Positions 1-9,692 of a DNA stretch of 64,000 nt are shown here, one piece after another; within the stretch, counting starts at the first letter, position 1; each line of letters begins with the position of its first letter. Origin of the DNA: Spirochaetota bacterium. Lineage in GTDB: Bacteria; Spirochaetota; Brachyspiria; Brachyspirales; JACRPF01. Below the pieces are notes generated by a model, which ran no database searches, had not been told where the DNA came from, and saw only the letters and a program-made list of their open reading frames with translations. The position numbers and the translations under genes are program-made. The stretch spans positions 292,244-356,243 of the forward strand of contig JACRPF010000014.1 in assembly GCA_016214035.1 (NCBI GenBank), given 5' to 3'.

Positions 1-526
1 TTGAAATCCCATTATGTTTGTTGAAATAATCGCTCGGTAGAACACCGCCGAATTTATGCACTATCCTGTCCTCCGGGCAGAAACCGTTCTTTCGTAGATA
101 ATTATATGTCGTATATTGTGTCGTAATCACAGCTCTAAATAAGGGTGATGCAAACACCTTCTGCAATTTATCATCGCTCACTTTTTCATTCAGCCAGAAC
201 CCTCCGCCGGGATACAGCGTAAAAACAAATGGTATTTTATCTCTTTCCAACAGCGGAAGATATTGATAAATATTGTTGATAAAAATCGTGTAACATAGCC
301 TTGCAGAGTACACATTGTCTTTTACATGTTTTTTAAAATATTTGGCATAGCCCGGATATTCTGCTTTATAATCAATATAGTACTTTTTGTAATCCTTCGC
401 AAACGAAAATACCTTCACGTCTTTCATCTTTGTAAAATAATAATTATATTCTGCTATCCTAAAACCGGACAACAGATAGGGGGCTATATCATCTAATATT
501 AATAGATTTGAACGTTTTGTATTCAT
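1..526 (-). CDS. Glycosyltransferase-like protein, C-terminally truncated by the window edge (absent from the supplied ORF track)
   Basis: Own translation of the minus strand from ATG at 526-524 stays open for 175 codons to nt 2 (MNTKRSNLLILDDIAPYLLSGFRIAEYNYYFTKMKDVKVF...IPFVFTLYPGGGFWLNEK...FGGVLPSDYF). It lies 44 nt downstream of wzt, same orientation, inside a glycan locus. Function rests on context plus weak family resemblance only. Confidence 0.45.
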   Translation of the reverse strand, partial: MNTKRSNLLILDDIAPYLLSGFRIAEYNYYFTKMKDVKVFSFAKDYKKYYIDYKAEYPGYAKYFKKHVKDNVYSARLCYTIFINNIYQYLPLLERDKIPFVFTLYPGGGFWLNEKVSDDKLQKVFASPLFRAVITTQYTTYNYLRKNGFCPEDRIVHKFGGVLPSDYFNKHNGIS

Positions 527-570
527 TGCGTCATACAGCATCTTTACGATAGCGGATGATACCACCGTAA

Positions 571-1872
571 TTACACAGCACTTTCCCGCGAAATTGAATA
601 CTCAATTGTCGCGGGTATTTGTACGATACTGAAGACCTGTGTCGGCTGTTTTATGCATACTTCAAATATATATGCATTCTCTATCCAGTCAAAAAAAACA
701 ACATCGGAAAAATTTTTCGTATCATCAAAATGTGATACAAGGATGTTTATGCTATATCGGCCATGAATCAGAGGTGTTTTGGTTGTAAATACTACCTGTA
801 AATGATCGCCTTCTGAAAAGTTGGTGTCATATACTCCGTTCCTGCTTGCAAATGTATCATACCCGAGAATCGGCTGCATCTTTGAATCCCTGATTTGATA
901 TGCAACCGAAACATGAGTATTTACACGTCTTGCAATAAGATCAAGGATAATGGTGATTTCCTGATCAAAATCAACAGTAGCACCAATCGGTTGCCCATTC
1001 TTGCCTAATATACTGATTTTGGAAAATTGCATCTCACCAGAACCTGTCCTAAAATGCTCAAGTCGGTTAAAATCACCAATACTTTGCATCGCAATTTTAT
1101 CAGCATCATTTTTCTGAGCATCTGTGTTTTTATTAATCTTTTCAATATATTTCCTTGCGTATTCTGCGGTCACGTATGCTGGTTCCCGATACAATACACA
1201 CGCACCATTGTCAATCCATAAACATATACCGGATAAAGCACGTATTGTTGACAGATCATGACTTACCAAAACCACACTGATACCACGCTGTTTGAGCAAA
1301 TGCAACTTTGTCATACATTTGGCTTGAAACACCATATCCCCCACCGCAAGCGCCTCATCCACAATAAGTATATCCGGATCCACATTTATCGCCGCGGCAA
1401 AAGCAAGCCGCACGTACATACCACTCGAATATGTCTTCACCGGCTGATCGATAAATTCTCCAATCTCGGCGAATTCCTCGATGAGCGGCATACGCGCTTC
1501 CATCTCTTTCTGTGTAAACCCCATGAGCGCACCGTTCATCAGAACGTTCGCACGCCCCGTGAAATCCGGATTGAAGCCGGTACCAAGTTCAAGCAAAGAC
1601 GAAATACGTCCATTTCGTATCACCGACCCGCTTGTAGGCTGCAAAACACCTGCAATGATCTGTAATAATGTCGATTTCCCGCTGCCGTTCTGGCCGATGA
1701 TGCCAACAGTTTCGCCTTTTTTTATTTCAAAGGAGACGTCTTTCAACGCCCAGAAATCATGATGATAACTGCGCTGCCCGAAAAACAGTATTTCCTTAAG
1801 CCGGTCCCGCGGGTGTTTATATATTTTATACCGTTTGGCGACGTTATCAACAACAATAGCTGCATCACTCAT
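571..1872 (-). CDS. wzt: Polysaccharide/O-antigen export ABC transporter ATP-binding protein (Wzt/TagH family) with C-terminal Wzt_C-like carbohydrate-binding domain
   Basis: Walker A GIIGQNGSGKST, ABC signature YSSGMYVRLAF, Walker B ILIVDEALAVGD, H-loop VSHD. A ~170-aa C-terminal extension (GSGEMQFSKISILGKNGQP...) is typical of Wzt glycan-recognition domains. Confidence 0.9.
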   Translation of the reverse strand: MSDAAIVVDNVAKRYKIYKHPRDRLKEILFFGQRSYHHDFWALKDVSFEIKKGETVGIIGQNGSGKSTLLQIIAGVLQPTSGSVIRNGRISSLLELGTGFNPDFTGRANVLMNGALMGFTQKEMEARMPLIEEFAEIGEFIDQPVKTYSSGMYVRLAFAAAINVDPDILIVDEALAVGDMVFQAKCMTKLHLLKQRGISVVLVSHDLSTIRALSGICLWIDNGACVLYREPAYVTAEYARKYIEKINKNTDAQKNDADKIAMQSIGDFNRLEHFRTGSGEMQFSKISILGKNGQPIGATVDFDQEITIILDLIARRVNTHVSVAYQIRDSKMQPILGYDTFASRNGVYDTNFSEGDHLQVVFTTKTPLIHGRYSINILVSHFDDTKNFSDVVFFDWIENAYIFEVCIKQPTQVFSIVQIPATIEYSISRESAV

Positions 1873-2076
1873 AATATTCTATTCTATAGCATCGGGACAA
1901 AAATTGATAGTATTTACACATACTAGCTCCATGTTATATCGGTTAATGTAACGCGATTTTACTGTATTTTGTCTGGCTTTCAGTAAGCCCCAAAGTACCC
2001 GTGGCTAATTCCGGAATTCTCCGAGATATATGGCTTTGACGGACAAGAGATCTCTAGGGAGAATTCTATGCGCAAC

Positions 2077-2111
2077 GACGAAACAACAAGTCAACGGCTT
2101 GTTGTTTCGTC
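2077..2111 (-). terminator. Perfect 14-bp stem / 7-nt loop hairpin between the last glycosyltransferase gene and wzt (no U-tract)
   Basis: GACGAAACAACAAG-tcaacgg-CTTGTTGTTTCGTC read directly, 42 nt downstream of the stop at 2153. No T-run follows on either strand, so it could be a terminator, attenuator or processing/stability element. Confidence 0.35.
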
Positions 2112-2152
2112 AATTCCATACAAATGGGTCTCCACCCTATATACTGATTGCA

Positions 2153-4081
2153 TTATTTTTCACGCACGGAAAAATCCTCATACCGTGCCGTGAGATTGAT
2201 ATTATAATACGGATCCCCGGCACGGAACACGCTTTCCCATTTATTCCCCAGAAGTACTATTTCCATCATCTTCCGACGCACCTGCTCATCGGTCTGGTCA
2301 TATCCCCTAGTAATCGACTCAAAGTGCAGTAACCTGGCGTATGGGGTTGTGATTATCAGATAACCTTTTTCACGCACCTTCAGACAAAGATCGACATCGT
2401 TCAAAGCAACTGGAAAACGCTCGTCAAAACCGCCCACCTCGTCAAAGACATTCCTGCGCATCATGAGACATGCGCCGGTAACCGCACTGACATTGTGTAT
2501 GGACTTCAAACGCCCGAAATACCCAGGTGAATCAGCGGGAAAATGCCGATGCTCATGTGCCGCCGTACCCTGTATTCCGATGAGCACTCCTGCGTGCTGA
2601 ATGGTATTATTTTTATACAGCAGGGTCGCGCCTACGATTCCATTTTCCTTGAATTGAAGATGCTCCACCATCCGTTCAAGCCAGTCTCCGGTGAGTACTT
2701 CCATATCGTTATTGAGGAACAATATGATATCACCGACAGCTTTGTGTACCGCATGATTGTTGAATGCGGCATAGTTGAACACTGCCCCTTTCGGTTCGGC
2801 TATAATCTTCACCCGGTATCTGCTGCGAAGCTCATCGTACACGGCAAAGGTGTCAGGCAATATGCTGTTATTCTCAACAATGATAACTTCATAGTTTTTA
2901 TATGTGGTCATTTTGAAAATCGATACGACACATGTTTTCAGTAATGCCGCATTATCTTTGTTGAGAATGATGATAGATACTTTCTGCGATGTCTTGATGC
3001 TATATTTTATCTGAAAAACATCGTCCATCTCGGATACGTTGACGGCGCCCGTTCTGCGTATCCTTCTGAGATGATCTGCAATCACCTGCTGTTCGTTTCG
3101 CGCAGTATGTGTGGCGTCTGCGGGTTTAACCTTGTGATGATTCCTGTGTTCATGAAAAAGGACTTTCGGTATATGTGTACACTGATACTTCTCGGTCAAT
3201 CGAAAAATAAGATCATACAATGCGGCAGAGCCGAAATCTCGTCTCAGCCATCCAAGAGCTTCACCGCAAGCACGCTTCACGATTATCTTGTCCTTGATAT
3301 AATTGCAGCTTCGAAGATAATCCGGGCTCAAACCAGGTTTAAAGTTTGGATTAGAACGAATGCCGCATATACCCATAACATCCTCATCGGTATAAAACAT
3401 ACCGGTATTAGGATATCTTTTTACCTCAGACGCGATAATTCTCAAAGCATTTCGGCTTAGGACCGTATGTTCCGGTAAAAATACCAGATACTCACCCGTT
3501 GATACGGATATGGCTTCACGTATCGAAGCCGCTGGCGAGAACACTGATTTGAACCTATTATCATTTCCCACATACTTTCTGATATTACCTTGCATCTCTT
3601 TTGAGATAACGACACACATCTCCCAATTTTGGAATGGCTGTTTCTTCAAACAGCGGAAAACATCAATGATTTCATGCAGTGATGCATGGTGCCCATCAAA
3701 GATCACCGACAGCAACAGCTCTTCGTCCGCCATGTTGCCGATATTTTTATCACCGAATATCTCATGAGAAATTATCCATCGCTGATAGGGAAACAGCTTT
3801 ATCTTCAAAAATTGGTCATACAACCATCTATACATTGGGCGGATAGTATACCGCAACAGACGATTAAGAACCGGCGTAAAAGGCAGTTTTCTTATCATGC
3901 TGATCATCCGGTATAACGGAGCTACTTGCATCATTTGAATCTCTGTCCTGAGATTAATCAATGCTTCATCCTGCTGTTTGATTACAGTGTGTAGTTTTTG
4001 CAGCTTCTGTTCTTTCCTAGGGGGCAACGCATGATGTTCTCCCGTTTTAATTTTTAATGACTTTTTATTTGATCTCATCAC
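2153..4081 (-). CDS. Two-domain family-2 glycosyltransferase
   Basis: C-terminal half has the GT2 signature VSIIILNKDN...YEVIIVENNS...ILFLNNDMEV...GACLMMRR. The N-terminal half has a second, more divergent GT2-like region (LLSVIFDGHH...WEMCVVIS...YLVFLPEH). ATGA overlap with the upstream gene at 4078-4081. Confidence 0.85.
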   Translation of the reverse strand: MMRSNKKSLKIKTGEHHALPPRKEQKLQKLHTVIKQQDEALINLRTEIQMMQVAPLYRMISMIRKLPFTPVLNRLLRYTIRPMYRWLYDQFLKIKLFPYQRWIISHEIFGDKNIGNMADEELLLSVIFDGHHASLHEIIDVFRCLKKQPFQNWEMCVVISKEMQGNIRKYVGNDNRFKSVFSPAASIREAISVSTGEYLVFLPEHTVLSRNALRIIASEVKRYPNTGMFYTDEDVMGICGIRSNPNFKPGLSPDYLRSCNYIKDKIIVKRACGEALGWLRRDFGSAALYDLIFRLTEKYQCTHIPKVLFHEHRNHHKVKPADATHTARNEQQVIADHLRRIRRTGAVNVSEMDDVFQIKYSIKTSQKVSIIILNKDNAALLKTCVVSIFKMTTYKNYEVIIVENNSILPDTFAVYDELRSRYRVKIIAEPKGAVFNYAAFNNHAVHKAVGDIILFLNNDMEVLTGDWLERMVEHLQFKENGIVGATLLYKNNTIQHAGVLIGIQGTAAHEHRHFPADSPGYFGRLKSIHNVSAVTGACLMMRRNVFDEVGGFDERFPVALNDVDLCLKVREKGYLIITTPYARLLHFESITRGYDQTDEQVRRKMMEIVLLGNKWESVFRAGDPYYNINLTARYEDFSVREK

Positions 4082-6090
4082 GGTCGCCTCTGCCTTGGTG
4101 AAGGCATACGTTTATGTATCCATTTTTTAAAAAACACATCACTTCCTGTATTTTTAATATTCATATCAGCATTCTTCGCAATGTGCTTTGTATTTTGTTC
4201 AGACGTGAACTCCTGAAATGCAGCGAATGGCGTTGTCAGTATTTTCTTCCCATTTGCCCGCAATGAAAAGCACAGATCCATTACCGCGTAGACACCTCCA
4301 AGTCCGGTGTCAAATCCCTTCACTGCAAGCAGATCACTTCGGCGCACACAAATACAGGCATCACTTATCGCGGTGACCTCACGGACAACAGCGAACTCCA
4401 TTAACGGCCCACCCGATCCGCGGGGAAGCCCTCGCCCGCAATATTGGATATCGCCGTTTTTATCAATTTCTATTCCGGCATCCTTTATCGCATTATCCTG
4501 ATAATATATAATTCCGCCGACAGCCCCGACATCGTGTGCCGAACAATGTGCCATAAATTCATCAGTCCAGTCCGGAGCCAATGGAATTGTCAAACCATCC
4601 ATGAATATGATGTATTCGTCAGTGATGCGCTTTGCGGCATCGCTATACGCTTCTGAAACCGATCGCGCATTCGTCTCAAGCACGGCAATATGATTATTTT
4701 CCCGCATAGCATGTAATGTCTCTAACACGTGAGGTTCTGTATTTTTGTCTGTTACAATATAAATAGTATAGTCATTATATGCAGTGCGTTCCATAAATGC
4801 CTGGATATATGATTCGAAAACAGCTTTATTCTGATTCAGCGGAATCACAATTGCTATCGAAGTCTTACTTTTCGTTGGCGCATGCAATCTAACACATCCG
4901 TTATCGAGCGCGACCGCATGATATTGCGATCGTTTTTCTGATAAATGTTCATTCACTATCTGAACAGGCTCACGGGCAACATCAATGAATGCCTCCTGTT
5001 GCGATTGCCTGATAACAGGACTGCCGCCCGTCGCCGACATCTGTCTGAGAATTCCGGATAATGCTTGCGCATTCTTTCCCCAAGTGAATTGTGATGTTAC
5101 GAAGTGCACCGCGGAAGTGCGCAAGGATGTCTGCAGTCGCGAATTCTGTATTACCGCAGCTGCAAAGCGGCATAGTTCATCCTCGTTCTGAAAATGCCAC
5201 GGCGTAACTTCTGGATGTGCTGCATATGAATAGCCCGCAGCAGGTGTTCCCAATGCCATAGCTTCAACCAGAGGCAGATTGAATCCTTCCCAGCGGCTCG
5301 CAGATATGAATAGATCGGATCGTGCAATGACTGCGTTTTTCAGCGCATCAGGCGCATTTTCAAGCATGAGAAATCCGTGATCACGCAGCATCGTTTCAGC
5401 GGCATTGTTCTTCGGGATAGATTTTCCGATCATAACCCAACATAAGGGACGCGGTTCGCAGACCTTTGTAAGTTTGTCCTTCAGCGATATCAGCTCTGGA
5501 AATCCTTTATAATAACTTTCAGCTTCACCGATCCGTGAAATAGTCGAGATCAGAACAGCGTTTTCAGGTAGTGATATCAATGTATTGATGTCGTCATGTG
5601 CTATCGGCTGGCGGGTAATGTGATCTGAGCCGTTATAAATCACCGTTGAATTGGTGATTCCCGAACAGCGTTTTACATATTCCGATATGCTGATATGAAA
5701 ATGATACCTATCGATAGCTCTGTACTTGCTGTCTATTGCATTCTGTATTCGTTTGGCCTGTATTGGAGGAAACAGGTCTGCACGAGGCTCGCCATGATCA
5801 TATGCAATCTTCAACAGCGGATGCAGCGAATATGAGCCGATCATCTCCCAGTACGGAGGCGTATGTACAATCACAATATCAGGCCGTATCTGCTGCAGTA
5901 TCGAATGTACGGAATCCTGATCGAAACCGATCTTGTGCACCGGAACATTGAAACTGCCTGCATCTTCAGTATCCGGGCTCGCAATCGCAAGTGAAATACC
6001 CTGCTGTGAAAGAAGTCTTGTCTGTTCACGTAGAACCAGCCCTACGCCGAACCCCTGCCGGAGTACCGATGAAAAACAAAGTATCTTCAT
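4078..6090 (-). CDS. Bifunctional glycosyltransferase, N-terminal GT4 (GT-B) domain + C-terminal GT2 domain
   Basis: N-terminal MKILCFSS...GFGVG and an E-x7-E motif (RWEGFNLPLVEAMALGTPA) indicate a group-1/GT4 fold. C-terminal SIAIVIPLNQN...YTIYIVTDKNT...IIFMDG...DACICVRR indicates GT2. ATGA overlaps at both ends. Confidence 0.85.
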   Translation of the reverse strand: MKILCFSSVLRQGFGVGLVLREQTRLLSQQGISLAIASPDTEDAGSFNVPVHKIGFDQDSVHSILQQIRPDIVIVHTPPYWEMIGSYSLHPLLKIAYDHGEPRADLFPPIQAKRIQNAIDSKYRAIDRYHFHISISEYVKRCSGITNSTVIYNGSDHITRQPIAHDDINTLISLPENAVLISTISRIGEAESYYKGFPELISLKDKLTKVCEPRPLCWVMIGKSIPKNNAAETMLRDHGFLMLENAPDALKNAVIARSDLFISASRWEGFNLPLVEAMALGTPAAGYSYAAHPEVTPWHFQNEDELCRFAAAVIQNSRLQTSLRTSAVHFVTSQFTWGKNAQALSGILRQMSATGGSPVIRQSQQEAFIDVAREPVQIVNEHLSEKRSQYHAVALDNGCVRLHAPTKSKTSIAIVIPLNQNKAVFESYIQAFMERTAYNDYTIYIVTDKNTEPHVLETLHAMRENNHIAVLETNARSVSEAYSDAAKRITDEYIIFMDGLTIPLAPDWTDEFMAHCSAHDVGAVGGIIYYQDNAIKDAGIEIDKNGDIQYCGRGLPRGSGGPLMEFAVVREVTAISDACICVRRSDLLAVKGFDTGLGGVYAVMDLCFSLRANGKKILTTPFAAFQEFTSEQNTKHIAKNADMNIKNTGSDVFFKKWIHKRMPSPRQRRP

Positions 6091-7868
6091 ACGACATTCC
6101 GGAATCGATCAGTGTTCACCGGCTGCGGCAGTATCATAGCCTGAATGTATGACCGCCACTTCCAGAGAAAATATGAACGATCATGATTGTTAACACTTCC
6201 TTTAGGACGTGTCCCATTCTCAACATGTATAACATCAGCTTGATCGATATACCCGATATCATGCCCCATCCGCCGGACCTTCATGCATAAGTCGATATCC
6301 TGAGATTCTTCTTCATAGTGTTCATCAAACCCATGAAGCGATATGAACAATTCCTTTTTTATAAACAGGAATGCGCCGGTAACTGCTGGAATAAACTCCA
6401 ACACGTTGCTTGCAGGATAACGTTTTGATTCCTGCCCATGGAGACGATGATACGGCTGGCATACGCGAGTCCTGTCATCATGAAAAAATACTCCGCCATG
6501 TTGAATGCGCCCTGATGGATAGAGCAGTCTCGTACCGACAATACCGGCATCATTATCGAGAAATACGCGCTGAATCTCAGTGAAAACAGAACTGTCCGTA
6601 AGTGCAATATCATTATTCATAATGCCAAGCACCGCACCATGCGCATGATCACGCACCAATTGGTTGTAATTTCTGCTGAAATGATAATTCATGTTGGTGA
6701 CTACGGTGATCAGATCCTCATGTTGCCGATAGAATTTCAGCACCTGCTCATCAGAAGACCCTGTATCACCGACTATTATCTCAAAGTCATGTTCCGTCCG
6801 GTACCGGATTAATGTTGTCAACAGCGGGATTATGTATTCCGGTGAATTTTTATTGAGGATTATGATTGAAAACGCCACTGACTTGCCGGTGACAGATTGA
6901 TCTGAAAGTAATGGCGCGGCGTTCAACTGCATATCCTGTTCATATCTATTTTCACTCATCGATTCTGAAACAGCTCTACGATGATACAATATGCTCTCAC
7001 AGTGCGTTGAACGGATATCAAGTCGTGACAAGCGTAGTAATAATTCAAGATGCTGTGTTCGACCGCCTCCCCGGGGAAAATGATTTCCATCCGGCAAAGC
7101 ATGTTTTTTGAAGCAATATGCATTGTTGATGTAATTCCAACCTGTCAGCATGGTGTAATCACATGCCGGCTTAAAAAGCGGATTACGTCGCCTTGATTCC
7201 ACATCCGTTATTTGATCCTCATTGAACGTTATCAACGCAAATCCTTTCTCCGCCTGTGCGGCAAGAGAATAGAGACAATGCGCCGCAATGGTATCGCCGG
7301 CCTGAATGATGAGAATATAATCACCCTTCGTATATGAATATGCCTCGGTAATATAACCGGCCCGAGTATTACTCATGAGTATGTGTACGCGCGACTGCTG
7401 TACCGGTAACTGCACTAAAAGCTTTTCCGCTTGAGCGATATCATCCGCTGTTCCGATAATTATCCAGGCCCAATTATCATAAGTCTGTTCATTAAGTGAC
7501 CGCGCCAAACCCATAAAGTGCGTATCAGATATTTTGTCAATCGGAGTGATAATTGAAAAAGATACACTGCGACTGTGGAATTGTTTTCGTTGCCTTTTCA
7601 ATTCTTTTTGAGAAGGTTCATATACTTGTATCCATTGCTCATACTCATTACATCCATGTAACTCTGCCCGCATACTTATCAGTGCTGCCCTTATATCACT
7701 AAGTAACTGAATAAATCCAGCTCTTTCTATTTTTTTTAAAAGTGCCGGTACTGCTCTGCGCATATAACGAATTTTCAGTTTTGAAAACACTCTTTTTTTT
7801 AATATTAACGCGACACGTCTTCGCCGTGAACCCATCGGCAACAGCATCAGCAAAATATTACGTACCAT
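6087..7868 (-). CDS. Two-domain family-2 glycosyltransferase (first gene of the glycan operon)
   Basis: Two GT2 signatures: FSIITPIDKIS...YDNWAWIIIG...YILIIQAGD and FSIIILNKNSPE...FEIIVGDTGSSDE...GIMNNDI...GAFLFIKK. An AT-rich 410-nt non-coding region lies upstream. Confidence 0.85.
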   Translation of the reverse strand: MVRNILLMLLPMGSRRRRVALILKKRVFSKLKIRYMRRAVPALLKKIERAGFIQLLSDIRAALISMRAELHGCNEYEQWIQVYEPSQKELKRQRKQFHSRSVSFSIITPIDKISDTHFMGLARSLNEQTYDNWAWIIIGTADDIAQAEKLLVQLPVQQSRVHILMSNTRAGYITEAYSYTKGDYILIIQAGDTIAAHCLYSLAAQAEKGFALITFNEDQITDVESRRRNPLFKPACDYTMLTGWNYINNAYCFKKHALPDGNHFPRGGGRTQHLELLLRLSRLDIRSTHCESILYHRRAVSESMSENRYEQDMQLNAAPLLSDQSVTGKSVAFSIIILNKNSPEYIIPLLTTLIRYRTEHDFEIIVGDTGSSDEQVLKFYRQHEDLITVVTNMNYHFSRNYNQLVRDHAHGAVLGIMNNDIALTDSSVFTEIQRVFLDNDAGIVGTRLLYPSGRIQHGGVFFHDDRTRVCQPYHRLHGQESKRYPASNVLEFIPAVTGAFLFIKKELFISLHGFDEHYEEESQDIDLCMKVRRMGHDIGYIDQADVIHVENGTRPKGSVNNHDRSYFLWKWRSYIQAMILPQPVNTDRFRNVV

Positions 7869-8278
7869 GTATTCCCGTCATTTATAATGTAAATAGAGCC
7901 TCTATGGCTCATTATTATATAAAACAGTATAGCAGAATAGTGTTAAAGGTAAATACCTGTAATAACACATTATAAATCTGCATGAATATATAAAAGTGCA
8001 ATTTTTTGACTTTTATTTTCAGATTCATCAAATTTTTATGAAATATTGAGCTCGCTTGAAATCGTCTTGAATCCAGAAAGAAGTCGTATTGAAGCCGTTC
8101 CGATACCGATTTGACCAAAGGTAGACTAAATTGACATCACCACTGGAATTTATCAAAAAAAGGCCTTATCTCAAGTTCGCTTCATTGGACTGAACCCCAT
8201 CGACTGTTCGCCTTCGGTTTGTATCACGTTCGTTTCCGGTTCGTTCCGCCTGCAGGGTTATTAGATTGACCTGAACTT

Positions 8279-9295
8279 TCACCGCATCGCCACATCAACC
8301 ATGGCCATATAGTTTTCTATTGGCACATAATGAGTGAAACTGTTGCCGGCGCCCACCGCATACCCGCCCGACGATGCCGAACGTGCCAGCATCAACTCGG
8401 TGCGCTGCTGTATCTCCTTTTTTGAGGCCCGGCAGAGGAAATCAACATCCATACCGCCCATGATGGCTATGCGGCCCTTATAGGTGTCGTATGCATCCTC
8501 TACCGGCTGTATGGCATCCTCGTATGAGTGCTTGCCGTCATACCCTATCGTATCGATAATGTCATCCATTACATGCTTAAGATTGCCGCATGAATGAAGC
8601 ACCGCAAGCCGGTTATGCTTATGAATAGTCTCCACAACCCGTTTATGCCACGGCACAACATATTTCTGCATGTCTTCGGTTGACAGCATGGTCTGGGTCT
8701 TGAAACCCCAGTCGTCGTTGAACATGCATGCACCCACGGTGTCATACTGCAGCACCTGTTCATAATACCGCACAAAGCGCGAGCCGACGGCGTCGAACAG
8801 GTCCTGCACCAGAGCAGGATCATCTGTCATCATATAACAGAGACCTTCATAACCCACCAGCGCCATCACGTTCTCAAGCAGTCCGCCCGGAGAGAACACG
8901 AACAGCTTCATGCCGTCGGGCAGATGCTGCTTCATTTTTCCCAGCGCGGAATAATCGAATGCATCGGGGTCCGGCCAGGGGTATTTTTCAAAGTCGGCAC
9001 GGTTCGATATCACCTTCTGCGATTCCAGCGTCATGGAAGCCTTGTGCTCAACCGCTTTCTTCGGGAATGCAAAGAGTGACCCATGCGTGCTCGTAAAATC
9101 ATAGCCCACGGCGTTGAATGCTTTTATCCTGAATTTCATCACCGCTTCCAGGTCGCCCCCGGCGGGATGTTTTTCTCCGGCAAAGTGTTCCAGCACCGGT
9201 CCGTTGAGGATGAATTCGAACAGTGTTGGCCGTGACGGGCGCTCCTTCTTCAGCACCTTCACCAGATTCGAAAAATCAGCCTGCCGCTTTTTCAT
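8279..9295 (-). CDS. Uroporphyrinogen-decarboxylase (URO-D) family protein (MtaA/CmuA-like fold), function unknown
   Basis: 338 aa. Overall resemblance to URO-D-family proteins (RPTLFEF...FNAVGYDF...FNDDWGFKTQTMLS...VLHSCGN...GGMDV). GGAG RBS 7 nt upstream of the ATG. Confidence 0.6.
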   Translation of the reverse strand: MKKRQADFSNLVKVLKKERPSRPTLFEFILNGPVLEHFAGEKHPAGGDLEAVMKFRIKAFNAVGYDFTSTHGSLFAFPKKAVEHKASMTLESQKVISNRADFEKYPWPDPDAFDYSALGKMKQHLPDGMKLFVFSPGGLLENVMALVGYEGLCYMMTDDPALVQDLFDAVGSRFVRYYEQVLQYDTVGACMFNDDWGFKTQTMLSTEDMQKYVVPWHKRVVETIHKHNRLAVLHSCGNLKHVMDDIIDTIGYDGKHSYEDAIQPVEDAYDTYKGRIAIMGGMDVDFLCRASKKEIQQRTELMLARSASSGGYAVGAGNSFTHYVPIENYMAMVDVAMR

Positions 9296-9396
9296 ATTCT
9301 TGCTCCGCCGTTTGATACGCAGAATATAGCTATGGCCTTATATTTAGAAAGCAGGCGGAGTTGCTAATGTTTTGTATAATCTTGCGTAACCTGTAC

Positions 9397-9424
9397 TTGA
9401 CAAAACATTCATAATGTATATATT
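9397..9424 (+). promoter_or_regulatory. Sigma70-type promoter candidate for the toxin-antitoxin pair
   Basis: TTGACA (9397-9402), 16-nt spacer, TATATT (9419-9424). Sits 26 nt upstream of the antitoxin ATG (9450). Confidence 0.4.
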
Positions 9425-9449
9425 TGAATAAAAATGAAGCAGGTAATAT

Positions 9450-9692
9450 ATGCCTAAAACGATAACGCTGCGTATTGACGATGATACCTATACCATTCTG
9501 AAAACTGCTGCCGACGCTGAAAGACGAACGATATCGAATTTCATCGAATATGCCGCAATTTCGCATATCAGCGAAGAAGCTTTCGTTGACGATGTTGAAA
9601 TGAACGAGATTATGAATAATAAAAAATTGACCGCATCGTTTAACCGGGCACGGGAAGACGTCAAGAAAGGTAAATATAAAATTGTTACATGA
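9450..9692 (+). CDS. Ribbon-helix-helix (CopG/ParD-like) type II antitoxin
   Basis: 80 aa. N-terminal RHH pattern KTITLRIDDDTYTILKTAADAERRTISNFIEYAAI. Overlaps the downstream RelE-family gene by 11 nt. Confidence 0.8.
   Translation: MPKTITLRIDDDTYTILKTAADAERRTISNFIEYAAISHISEEAFVDDVEMNEIMNNKKLTASFNRAREDVKKGKYKIVT

Noticed and set aside
7915-8118. 67-aa ORF in the AT-rich region upstream of the glycan operon
   Set aside because: It has AT-rich, low-complexity (K/F/I/L/N) composition and sits in a probable promoter region. It is a chance ORF.
8150-8175. AAGGCCTT palindrome followed by T7 on the minus strand, downstream of the URO-D-family gene, as a possible intrinsic terminator
   Set aside because: The palindrome has no loop and only a 4-bp effective stem, which is too weak to call a terminator.
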